Source: Longimicrobiales bacterium
GTDB lineage: Bacteria; Gemmatimonadota; Gemmatimonadetes; Longimicrobiales; Gaopeijiaceae
Assembly (NCBI GenBank): GCA_965202985.1
Contig: CBDBCF010000001.1
Span: 2,208,001 to 2,272,000, forward strand
Reading direction: 5' to 3'
Length of the DNA stretch: 64,000 bases
Under the pieces are notes generated by a model. The model was not told where the DNA came from. It did no database searches and was given only the letters and a program-made list of their open reading frames with translations. How positions within the stretch are numbered: position 1 is the first letter of the stretch; each line of letters begins with the position of its first letter. Of this stretch, positions 1-12,704 are shown one piece after another. The position numbers and the translations under genes were made by a program.

Positions 1-4349
<4,349 letters not shown>

Positions 4350-4374
4350 CGCTAAACGAGAGGAGAGCAGCAGC

Positions 4375-4977
4375 GTGGCATATGACCCATTGGACTACAA
4401 CAACCTAGCTCGAAGCGTCGTAGAGGCGCTCCTCGGCGCGCGCCCTTCCACCCTTCCTCCAGATGCATTCGACGGCTCAGGCGTCTATGCGATCTACTAT
4501 GCGGGACCACTGGAGTACAGGGCCACCGCTTCGGCGGAGGAAGTCCCGATTTACGTCGGGAAAGCGATTCCGCCAGGTGGACGAAAGGGCGGCCGTGGGC
4601 GTGGCCCTGCAGCAACCCGACCACTCCATCGACGACTGCGGGACCACGCGAAGTCGATCGGCCAGACAACGAATCTGTCTCCGGAACATGCCAGCTGTCG
4701 TTATCTGGTCGTGGTGCCGGTCTGGATCAGTCTGGCGGAGCGTTTCCTGATCGACCATTTCAAACCGCTGTGGAACACGGTGCTCGACGGTTTCGGAAAT
4801 CACGATCCCGGTCGCGGCCGACGGAACAGTGCGCGGCCCCGATGGGATATCATGCACCCGGGCCGCGCGTGGGCGACGCGTCTCCGGGCGAGCGAGTCAA
4901 GGGAAGACATCTTGGCGGCGATCCAGGTTCAGCAGCAGACCGAGAGCAAGCATCCTGCTTTCGTCAAGGTGCCCTGA
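4375..4977 (+). CDS. Eco29kI-family GIY-YIG restriction endonuclease
   Basis: GVYAIYY...IYVGKA, AERFLI..KPLWN..DGFGNHDPG.GR, WDIMHPGRAWA; RBS GAGGAG upstream. Confidence 0.88.
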   Translation: MAYDPLDYNNLARSVVEALLGARPSTLPPDAFDGSGVYAIYYAGPLEYRATASAEEVPIYVGKAIPPGGRKGGRGRGPAATRPLHRRLRDHAKSIGQTTNLSPEHASCRYLVVVPVWISLAERFLIDHFKPLWNTVLDGFGNHDPGRGRRNSARPRWDIMHPGRAWATRLRASESREDILAAIQVQQQTESKHPAFVKVP

Positions 4978-6505
4978 GTTCCACGGCCGTCTCGTACAGT
5001 CGTACGGGACGTGCTACCTTGCCTGCGCGCACGGACGAGTTGATCACGCTGTTTCCCGTTCTCTTGGTGCGCACCATGTGGATGTCCGCCAACTGAAAGC
5101 CTTCCGCCTCGGCGATATTGGCGAACAAGCGATCGGTTTCGAATTCGATTCCTTGAAGAATGTTGTTCCCGATCACCACAACGACCGTTCCACCCGGACG
5201 CATCACGGCCCTTGTCACTTGGCAGAAACGCTGACAGTCGTTGAAATAAGAAGTTGCATAGTTGGCCCAGCCCGGGCCGCCGTAGGCCCCCTTGTCCGCG
5301 TTGCAGCTGCGAAGGCGCCGCAGCTTCCGGACGAGGTGTTCGAGATCGGGTTGCAACGGGATCTCGGGGCCTGTTCGGACGGTCTGCCAAAACTGACCAA
5401 AGCTCTGTCGCTCGATATCCTTCAAGTCCGTCGTGCTCTGAACGAGATCAAGCCAAAACAGTTGCGGACGAGTATTCCTAATGTAGTGATAATTGTTCAG
5501 ATATGGAGGTGAAGTAATCATCAAGTCAATGCTGTGAGGTTCGATGCGATTTGCGTGCTTCAGGTACGATACCGGGTGCAGCGTAGCGACCGGTGGCTTG
5601 TCGAAGCCACCGACCTCGCGCTGGAACCCAAGCATGTCCTCAAGGATATCGCGTAGCTTGTTTCTCACTATTCCCGGAACATCGGCCTGCTCGATATTGG
5701 GCCTGCCCGCACCGGCTCGAGTACCAAGGCTGGGTTCGTAGGAGTAGTTCGAGAAGCTCACCATCACGGAACCCAGCGCCAGCCGGAAGACATCGGCAAC
5801 CCAACCGCTCGTTTCCTCTCGGATAAAGTCCAGGCACGCAAGCACCTGCCTCTCCACATCTGGACTAAAGAATGGTACGCGGCTCTTGAAGCCTGGCGGC
5901 GGCACGGCTCGGGGCTCTTTGTCTTGCCAGAGCTTGTCGTCGGTGTAGTCTTCAAAGTGTTCGATCGCTGCTTCCAGCTCGGAGGCGTCGGAGACCGCCG
6001 CTCGCGCCTTCACACGGCACGCCAGGGCAGCGTACGGGTTGATCTCGAATCCCACGGCGGTGTCCGCGCTTCGAATCGCTTCAACGAGTGTGGTGCCTAC
6101 ACCGGCGAAAGGATCCAAGATGCGCAGACTCTCGTCTCCCTTCCGCACCGTCTCAAGTACGCCCGTTACGAACGAACTGGAGAATCCGGCGATCCAGGGC
6201 ACCCAGCGGTGAAGTTGCCGCTTGTGGTTGTCCGAGAACGCCGTGTCCCGGAATCCAGCCAACCGCAACTCGTATTGCGGTGCAGACTCATTTACCGTCG
6301 TGCGGTCGGCAAGACTTCGGTCCCGAGGGTTCGGGTCGTCGAGGCCCGCCAGCCACTCGTCCAGGGCGCTTCGCAGAAAACGCCATTCTCGACCGACCTT
6401 TCGGGCCGGAACCCGGCGTTGCCGCGCCATCTCGCCCAGCGTCTTGCGACTCACCCGAAACATGCGGGCCGCTTCGGCGAGTGTCAGGACTTCGTCGCTG
6501 GCCAT
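4964..6505 (-). CDS. Amino-DNA methyltransferase (SPPY, probably N4-cytosine) with N-terminal excisionase-like HTH
   Basis: N-term VLTLAEAARMFRVSRKTL..VPARKVGREWRF; motif I DPFAGVGTT precedes motif IV ITSPPY; convergent with and overlapping the endonuclease gene. Confidence 0.85.
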   Translation of the reverse strand: MASDEVLTLAEAARMFRVSRKTLGEMARQRRVPARKVGREWRFLRSALDEWLAGLDDPNPRDRSLADRTTVNESAPQYELRLAGFRDTAFSDNHKRQLHRWVPWIAGFSSSFVTGVLETVRKGDESLRILDPFAGVGTTLVEAIRSADTAVGFEINPYAALACRVKARAAVSDASELEAAIEHFEDYTDDKLWQDKEPRAVPPPGFKSRVPFFSPDVERQVLACLDFIREETSGWVADVFRLALGSVMVSFSNYSYEPSLGTRAGAGRPNIEQADVPGIVRNKLRDILEDMLGFQREVGGFDKPPVATLHPVSYLKHANRIEPHSIDLMITSPPYLNNYHYIRNTRPQLFWLDLVQSTTDLKDIERQSFGQFWQTVRTGPEIPLQPDLEHLVRKLRRLRSCNADKGAYGGPGWANYATSYFNDCQRFCQVTRAVMRPGGTVVVVIGNNILQGIEFETDRLFANIAEAEGFQLADIHMVRTKRTGNSVINSSVRAGKVARPVRLYETAVELRAP

Positions 6506-6560
6506 ATCTTCCCCATGTTCAGTTATTGACCGTTATTTGCCTGTATCTTCCACATCAAGG
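6505..6560 (-). promoter_or_regulatory. Phased imperfect direct repeats (9-10 bp period) upstream of the HTH-methyltransferase; candidate operator
   Basis: + strand units TATCTTCC 6505, CATGTTCA 6514, TATTGACC 6524, TATTTGCC 6534, TATCTTCC 6544 in an AT-rich patch. Confidence 0.4.
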
Positions 6561-6626
6561 TCGTCACGTAGGGTTGTCCCAGTCAAGGGAGCGCCCGATG
6601 GGTCCGACGCCCCCGCCGGCCGGCCG

Positions 6627-8159
6627 CTAGCCGTCCCGCCGCCACTCCTCGGCGTAGGTGCGGCCGAAGCGGTCCAACGCTTCCACCACGACCGACCGGG
6701 GCGCGCCGGAAGGTCTGTCCGCCAAGCGAGCGCGGAACAGGTGATCGGTGGGCACGGGGTCCACCCACGGGCGACGAGACGGCAGGTCCGGTCCCGCGTG
6801 AAGGTTCAAGCTCAAGGGATCCGGCGCGGTCTCCCGAGTCATGGCCCCCCGGGGCTCGCCGTCCGCGAACCAGCGGACCGTCCACTCGGCGTCCCAGTCC
6901 CAAACGTTGGCCAGCAGGTCGTCGGGTGCCGCGGGGTCGGCCCCCGGCGGATAGACCCGCATCTGATGGGTCGTGGGCTGGCCGACGGTCTTGTATCGCC
7001 ACGTGACCTCTTCGCCGCGGATCTCGTAGACGCAGTAGCCGTTCGGCGTTCCGTCCCAGCAAATGGGACCGCTCCACCAAGCGCCGGACACGGCCCCGGT
7101 CACATGCTCGTGGATTCCACGCCCGAACAGATGCTCGGACTCGTGAAGGTGGCCGGCCAGCACGTGGGCGCGGAACGGTTCCAAGAGCCGATAAAGGGCT
7201 TCGCGGTTGGTGATCGCGGAACCTGTGCGCGGCGACTGTTCCCCGCGCCGGGCGTAGTGGCTTCCCAGGACCGGAATGTGCAGCGCCACGATCACCGGCG
7301 ACCCGGCCTCGATGCGGGCCAAGTCCCGCTCCAGCCACGTCAGCGCGTCCCGGTCCAGGTACCCGATGTAGCCGTTGCCGTGCCAGAACACGTCGTCCAG
7401 CACGACGTAGTGAACGGCGCCTCGGTCGAACGAATAGTTGCGAGGGCCGAAGCGGCGGCAGAACGTCTCGGTGGACGCTTCGTCCGTGAGGCCTGTCCGA
7501 TCCAGGTCGTGGTTCCCGACCACCTGGAAGAAGGGGACCCCGATGTCCTTGACGCCCCGCTCGTAGTCGGGGTACAGAGCCAAGTCGTCGTACATGATGT
7601 CGCCGCACGCGATCCCGAATGTGGGTGTGTCGCCCAGCGCGCGGACGGTGCGCGCCAAGTCGGGCACGGACTGCTCCAGGAACCAGTCCATCTCCCGCCG
7701 GTCCTGGGTCTGGATGTCCGCCAGCACCAGCATGGCATGGTTGTCGTGCGAAACGGGGTCCGGTTCCAGGTCGAACTCGGCCGTCTGTTCCGGCGCGTTC
7801 GTCAACTGCCGATAGAAGCGCGCAGTCCCCGTCGCGTTGGTGGGAATTCGGTATCCGGACGGACAACAAAACCACACGAACCGCCGGCTCGCCGTGGTCG
7901 CGATCTCGAAAGTGCCCCCGCCGTCCGTTTCTACGACCTGCAAGCCGTCCGAAACGGCCACGCCCGGCACTCCTCGACCCATCGATCGCACGACACCCCG
8001 CACCCGAACCGGCGCGTCGGCGGCCCGTCGCCCGTACGCGCTCGCCCACCCCGCCCACGGCGCGTACGGGTCGGCCAGCAACCGCCCGGGGTCGAGAACG
8101 ACACCGGCGATGCCCGCCGCGCCGGCCCTGACGAAGGCTCGCCGAGATGGAATGCGCAT
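6627..8159 (-). CDS. Tat-exported calcineurin-like metallophosphoesterase
   Basis: SRRAFV Tat motif; ADIQ, GDIMYD, GNHD, HIP, GHLH motifs; W..DGTPNGY C-terminal motif. Confidence 0.85.
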   Translation of the reverse strand: MRIPSRRAFVRAGAAGIAGVVLDPGRLLADPYAPWAGWASAYGRRAADAPVRVRGVVRSMGRGVPGVAVSDGLQVVETDGGGTFEIATTASRRFVWFCCPSGYRIPTNATGTARFYRQLTNAPEQTAEFDLEPDPVSHDNHAMLVLADIQTQDRREMDWFLEQSVPDLARTVRALGDTPTFGIACGDIMYDDLALYPDYERGVKDIGVPFFQVVGNHDLDRTGLTDEASTETFCRRFGPRNYSFDRGAVHYVVLDDVFWHGNGYIGYLDRDALTWLERDLARIEAGSPVIVALHIPVLGSHYARRGEQSPRTGSAITNREALYRLLEPFRAHVLAGHLHESEHLFGRGIHEHVTGAVSGAWWSGPICWDGTPNGYCVYEIRGEEVTWRYKTVGQPTTHQMRVYPPGADPAAPDDLLANVWDWDAEWTVRWFADGEPRGAMTRETAPDPLSLNLHAGPDLPSRRPWVDPVPTDHLFRARLADRPSGAPRSVVVEALDRFGRTYAEEWRRDG

Positions 8160-8170
8160 CACCGGTCGGG

Positions 8171-8884
8171 TCAAACCAGTTCGATCAGCGTCGCCAGGAT
8201 GGCGGTCGCAGCGGCGATGGCCCCGCATAGCCAGATGATCGTAGTCTTCTGGGCGCGTTCGATCTTGGCATCGATATTCGCCGCCAAGGCCGTGATGTCG
8301 CTGCGAAGGGACGCCTCGAGCTTCTCCATGTCACCGCGGATGGCGATCTTGAGCTTCTCCATGTCGCCGCGGATGGCGATCTCGGTCTTCTCCATGTCGT
8401 TGCGCAACTTCTCCAGCTCGCGACGAAGGGAAGCCTCGAGCTTCTCCATGTCGCTGCGGATGGCGATCTCGGTCTTCTCCATGTCGCCGCGCAGGGTCGT
8501 CTCGAGCTTTTCCATGTCGCTGCGCAGGGACGTCTCGAGCTTCTCCATGTCGTCGCGCAGGGACGTCTCGAGCTTTTCCATGTCGCTGCGCAGGGACGTC
8601 TCGAGCTTTTCCATGTCGCTGCGCAGGGACGTCTCGAGCTTCTCCATGTCGTCGCGCAGGGACGTCTCGAGCTTCCGCATGTCGCCGCGGATGGCGGTTT
8701 CGACCCTGTTCAAGTCGTCGCTCAGGGCCGCCTCGGTGCGAGCAAGGTCGGCCTTGGTAGCAAGCGTATCTTCCATGCCGCCGGCGACGAGGCCGACGAG
8801 CACGTGGGCCTGGGTCTCGTCGAACCCGCCTTCCTCTTGGAGGCGACGGGCCGCCTCGAGCGTATCGAACCTGGGGGGAGTCAT
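8171..8884 (-). CDS. DUF1640/CCDC90-like membrane-anchored coiled-coil protein
   Basis: Head FDTLEAARRLQEEGGFDETQA, neck LATKADL, 11-aa repeats DMEKLETSLRx, C-terminal TM IIWLCGAIAAATAIL. Confidence 0.75.
   Translation of the reverse strand: MTPPRFDTLEAARRLQEEGGFDETQAHVLVGLVAGGMEDTLATKADLARTEAALSDDLNRVETAIRGDMRKLETSLRDDMEKLETSLRSDMEKLETSLRSDMEKLETSLRDDMEKLETSLRSDMEKLETTLRGDMEKTEIAIRSDMEKLEASLRRELEKLRNDMEKTEIAIRGDMEKLKIAIRGDMEKLEASLRSDITALAANIDAKIERAQKTTIIWLCGAIAAATAILATLIELV
8295..8720. repeat. Coding 33-bp tandem repeat, about 12 units
   Basis: Unit ctcgagcttYtccatgtcgYYgcgcagggacgt is nearly identical at 8501-8665 and more degenerate on both sides. Confidence 0.9.
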
Positions 8885-9197
8885 TCCCTTATCGTACACG
8901 TTTCGCTCGGAAACGGCTACACCTCGCTCGGGCGGCGGGTCCCCGTGGGACGGGTTGGCCTTGGTTGCGACGGCGCGGGTGGGTACGGTTTGTTGGTCAG
9001 GTCTCATGGCGGGCTCCGATTCGTGGAAGGGTGCTCCTCTTGCAGCGCGAACACAGAACAATACGACCAATCTTGGGACATTTGGATAGCTGAATCGGCC
9101 AGAGTTTCTGCGCCCGCCCAAACCGGCGCTTCACGCACCCCGACGTCCGTCTGGACGTGTGCGCGGACGGCCTGCGTCCCGGGGCGCGGCGCTGGAC

Positions 9198-12100
9198 CTA
9201 GTCGGATCCGGAGGCGGCCCGCCACGCTTCGACGCGGCCTTGGGCCGTAAAGACCAGCAATCGCTCGTGGACCGGCTCGCCGGTGATCTGCTCCCAGCAC
9301 TCGGCGTACAGATCCACTTGGGTGCGGTACGCGGGAAGCCGCTTGTGAGAGTCGGGGTCCTCTCCCGTGTCCGTCTTGTAATCGGCGACTACCCAACCGT
9401 CGCCGTCCCTGAACACGAGGTCGATGACTCCCTCCAGGATGTCGCCGGAAACGGGAGACTCGGCCGTGCGAACGATCGAGGAAGCGGCGGTGGGGCGGTG
9501 GACGGCGATGGGGACCTCCGCGTACCGTTCTGGACTGGCCATGGCCCGGCGCCAGACCTCGGAGTCCAACACGGCGACGGTCGCGGCCATCAGGGCGTCG
9601 AGTTCGCGAGGGTCCCCGCGTTCGTCGACGGGGCGGTCGTGCTTCACCAGCAGGTGACGGGCCCGCTGACGCAGTCGGTCGTCGGGCTCGCCCCGGCTCG
9701 CCGCCATCAGCATGTGGTGAACGACGCCCCCCCATTCGTAGCCGCCCTCCAGCGGCCGCAACTCGGTGGTGCGGAAGACGGTCTCCTCGACAACCGCCGA
9801 CTCGACACCGGCCTCCGTCCCGGAAGCTCCGTCCCGCGTCGTCGACGCCTTTGACGGGGCTCCGTCGTCCGCCTTTGTGCGCTGGGTCACGGTTTCCACC
9901 ACGTAGCTGGGTTCGCCGGCATCCCCGACCGCGGCCTTCGCGGCTTTCGCGCACGAGACCAAGTCGCCTTTGTCGTCGAAGACGAGGCTCGCTGGCCGCT
10001 CTTCCCGCGGCACCTCCTCAACCCAAGTCGCGGGCGCGTCGTCGTCCTTGGCAGCCTCCTTGATCCATCGCTCGACTGGCTGCCACGGCGACGTGCTGTT
10101 CTTCCCCAGGCCAGTGCAACGCGAGACCCACAGTTCGTCTCGGGCGCGAGTGGCGGCGACGTACAGCAGGCGCGTCTTTTCCGCGTTCTCGAAGTCGGTC
10201 TCGACCTCCTGGTCTTTGTCCCAGGACAACGGCCGCGCAATGATTTCGTCGCTCCATCCCAGGGATTGCGCGACCAGCACGGAACCTCGCGGGACGCCGT
10301 CTTCGCCCCTGGAAACGTGCATCCGTGGGGGCCAGTCCTTCTTCCCGAAGGGCGCGGCCAAGAAGACCACCTTGGCTTCGAGCCCCTTGGCCCGGTGCAG
10401 GTTCATGACGCGCACGGCGTCGCTCCGCCCCGGGACGAGCGAGACTTCGGCGTCTTCCCAGTCGAGCGCCGCTTCCATGGCGTCGACGGCGCCGGTCAGC
10501 GACGGATCGCCGGCCAAGACTCGCGCCCGAACCGCGTCGAGCAGGTAGACCAGCGCTCCCGCCCGCATTTGTCCTAGGTCGGCGGCCGCCGCCAACGGGA
10601 AGACTCCCGTCTCGTCCGCAAGCCGTTCGGCCGTCACGTCGGCCGGCTCCCTGCGGGCGCGGCGCCACCACTCGTGCAATGTACCGATAGCTTCGGCCGC
10701 CGGGCCGCAAGTCCATGCGGGCGGAGGCCGGTTGACCTTGAACGGCGGGCGTCGCGTCTGCCCATCTTCGCGCTGGTTCCTGTACTCCGCCAGCTCGTCC
10801 AGGGCGATTCCGAAGAAAGGTCCGGCCAGAACGCCGAGCACATGCACCTCGTGTTCCGGATCCGCAAGGCACCTGAGCAAGAGCACGAACGCGGAAAGCT
10901 TGCCGGCAAACTCCGCCGCGGCGCGCGCTCCGGACACCTCGACAGGAATGTTCCATTCTTCCAAAACGCGTGCGTACTCGGGCAGGTGCAACCGCTCGCG
11001 CGTCAAGATCATGAAGTCGCCGGGCTTGCGGGCTCCCGACTCGATCTGCCGGGCAATGCTAGCCGCGACGATCCGCGCGTCGTCCGCAACAACCTGGCCC
11101 TGGTTGCGGCCCCTCGCTTCGTAGCAGAAGACATGTCCTTTCCCGTCCTTGGCGGGGTCCCGCCACGCGCACAAAGGAGCAAACGCGGCCTGGCCTCTGG
11201 TTGCATCGGCGGGGAACATGTCCTCGCTTTGGAAGACGCCCGCCACGACGTCTTCGATGCAGCTCAGCGAACGGAAGTTGGCCTCCAGCCCGACGACGCA
11301 ACCGAACGTCCGGAACCGCTTCTTGACGAACTCGTACAGGGAAATGTCCGCCCGCCTGAAGCGATAGATGCTCTGCTTGGGATCTCCGACGACGAAGAGG
11401 GCGCCGCGCCGGGGCGTCGCCGTTCGCCAGTCCGCAGACGCGGCGTCACCGGCGTCGGCCCCGAGGTCGCCTTGGTCGACAACGGAGTCGCCGTCGGCAG
11501 CGGGGTCGCTGGCCAGCAGAAACAGAATCTCGGCCTGCAACGGGTCCGTGTCTTGAAACTCGTCCACGAGGAGGCGCTTGTAGCGGGCACCCAGCTCGCG
11601 GCGGGCGCGGGGGTTCTCCCGGAGCAGCTCGGCGGCCAGCACCAAGTCGTCCTGGTACATCAGGAGGCCCGTGTCCTTGCGCTCTTGGGCGAATTCGCGG
11701 GCTGCGGCGCGGGCGAACCGAACCGCGAAGGGGTACCGATGTGCCCACCACGATTCCACGAGTCGACAAGCCCTGCTGCCTTCTTCGGCGAACGTCTCGA
11801 ACTCAGCGGCCAGCGCCTTGGCCGCCACGCCGTTCGGCCAGCGGTTCTGCGTGAGCTTGCAACGCTTCTTGTAGACTCTGGCCAGCGCGTCGAAGAGCAC
11901 GATCCGGTTGTTCCAGCCATGGGCCTTCCGCCAGTAGAGGAGCGTGCGAACGCGACTTGCGAAGCCGTCCCAGCCCTTCTCCGGTTCTTGATCCGGCAGC
12001 AGCTCGTTGGCCCGGTCCAGGAGGGCGTCGAACTGCGCGCGCACGACCGCGACCTCGCCGGTGTCCGGCGGGGGCGGGTCCCCGGTCGCCGCACTGAAGT

Positions 12101-12704
12101 CCACGTCGGGGTGCTCGACCAGCGTGTCGAAGAGCTGCCGGAGCTGGTTCTCCGAAATGCCCAGGTTGCGCAGCTCCTTGATCCGGCTGTCGCCCGACGC
12201 GGACAGTCGCTCCAGGAAGCCGGCCCAGAACTTCGTTTGCACATCCCGAGCTTCGGCATCCGTCATCTCTCGAAACGACGGGTCCAGTCCCGCTTCCAGG
12301 GGTCTCTCCCGAAGCATCTTCGCGCAGAACGAGTGGATCGTGCCCAGAAAGGCCGCATCCAAGTTCTGAATAGCCTCCTCCAGCGCCTCCGCCTCTTCCG
12401 CGTGCGGGGACCCGGCGCCTCCGGGCGGCATCCGGTCCGCCTCGTCGCGCAGCGGCCGCGCCTGCTTCTCGAGCTCGATCTGAAAGCGTTGCCGCAGCTC
12501 CGCGGCGGCCTTGCGCGTGAAGGTGACCGCTGCGATCTCCTCCACCTTGCACCACCGTCCGCGCACCAGCGCCACCATGCGGTCCACCAACGACTGGGTC
12601 TTGCCGGAGCCGGCCCCGGCCTCTACCAAGAGGTTGCTCTCCAGATCCTCTCTGATCTTTGTGCGAAACCGCTCGTCGGGCGGTGGGCGATCTTGGGCGG
12701 TCAA
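9198..12704 (-). CDS. addA: AddA-like UvrD helicase with C-terminal PD-(D/E)XK nuclease
   Basis: AGAGSGKT, TFTRKAA, TIHSFC, VDEFQD, VGDPKQSIYRFR, HRAKGLE, YVAATRA, GVIDL..ADYKT. Confidence 0.85.
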   Translation of the reverse strand: MTAQDRPPPDERFRTKIREDLESNLLVEAGAGSGKTQSLVDRMVALVRGRWCKVEEIAAVTFTRKAAAELRQRFQIELEKQARPLRDEADRMPPGGAGSPHAEEAEALEEAIQNLDAAFLGTIHSFCAKMLRERPLEAGLDPSFREMTDAEARDVQTKFWAGFLERLSASGDSRIKELRNLGISENQLRQLFDTLVEHPDVDFSAATGDPPPPDTGEVAVVRAQFDALLDRANELLPDQEPEKGWDGFASRVRTLLYWRKAHGWNNRIVLFDALARVYKKRCKLTQNRWPNGVAAKALAAEFETFAEEGSRACRLVESWWAHRYPFAVRFARAAAREFAQERKDTGLLMYQDDLVLAAELLRENPRARRELGARYKRLLVDEFQDTDPLQAEILFLLASDPAADGDSVVDQGDLGADAGDAASADWRTATPRRGALFVVGDPKQSIYRFRRADISLYEFVKKRFRTFGCVVGLEANFRSLSCIEDVVAGVFQSEDMFPADATRGQAAFAPLCAWRDPAKDGKGHVFCYEARGRNQGQVVADDARIVAASIARQIESGARKPGDFMILTRERLHLPEYARVLEEWNIPVEVSGARAAAEFAGKLSAFVLLLRCLADPEHEVHVLGVLAGPFFGIALDELAEYRNQREDGQTRRPPFKVNRPPPAWTCGPAAEAIGTLHEWWRRARREPADVTAERLADETGVFPLAAAADLGQMRAGALVYLLDAVRARVLAGDPSLTGAVDAMEAALDWEDAEVSLVPGRSDAVRVMNLHRAKGLEAKVVFLAAPFGKKDWPPRMHVSRGEDGVPRGSVLVAQSLGWSDEIIARPLSWDKDQEVETDFENAEKTRLLYVAATRARDELWVSRCTGLGKNSTSPWQPVERWIKEAAKDDDAPATWVEEVPREERPASLVFDDKGDLVSCAKAAKAAVGDAGEPSYVVETVTQRTKADDGAPSKASTTRDGASGTEAGVESAVVEETVFRTTELRPLEGGYEWGGVVHHMLMAASRGEPDDRLRQRARHLLVKHDRPVDERGDPRELDALMAATVAVLDSEVWRRAMASPERYAEVPIAVHRPTAASSIVRTAESPVSGDILEGVIDLVFRDGDGWVVADYKTDTGEDPDSHKRLPAYRTQVDLYAECWEQITGEPVHERLLVFTAQGRVEAWRAASGSD

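Noticed and set aside
8295..8720. 33-bp repeats as a CRISPR array
   Set aside because: Units are contiguous with no unique spacers, stay in frame within a coiled-coil CDS, and no cas genes are present
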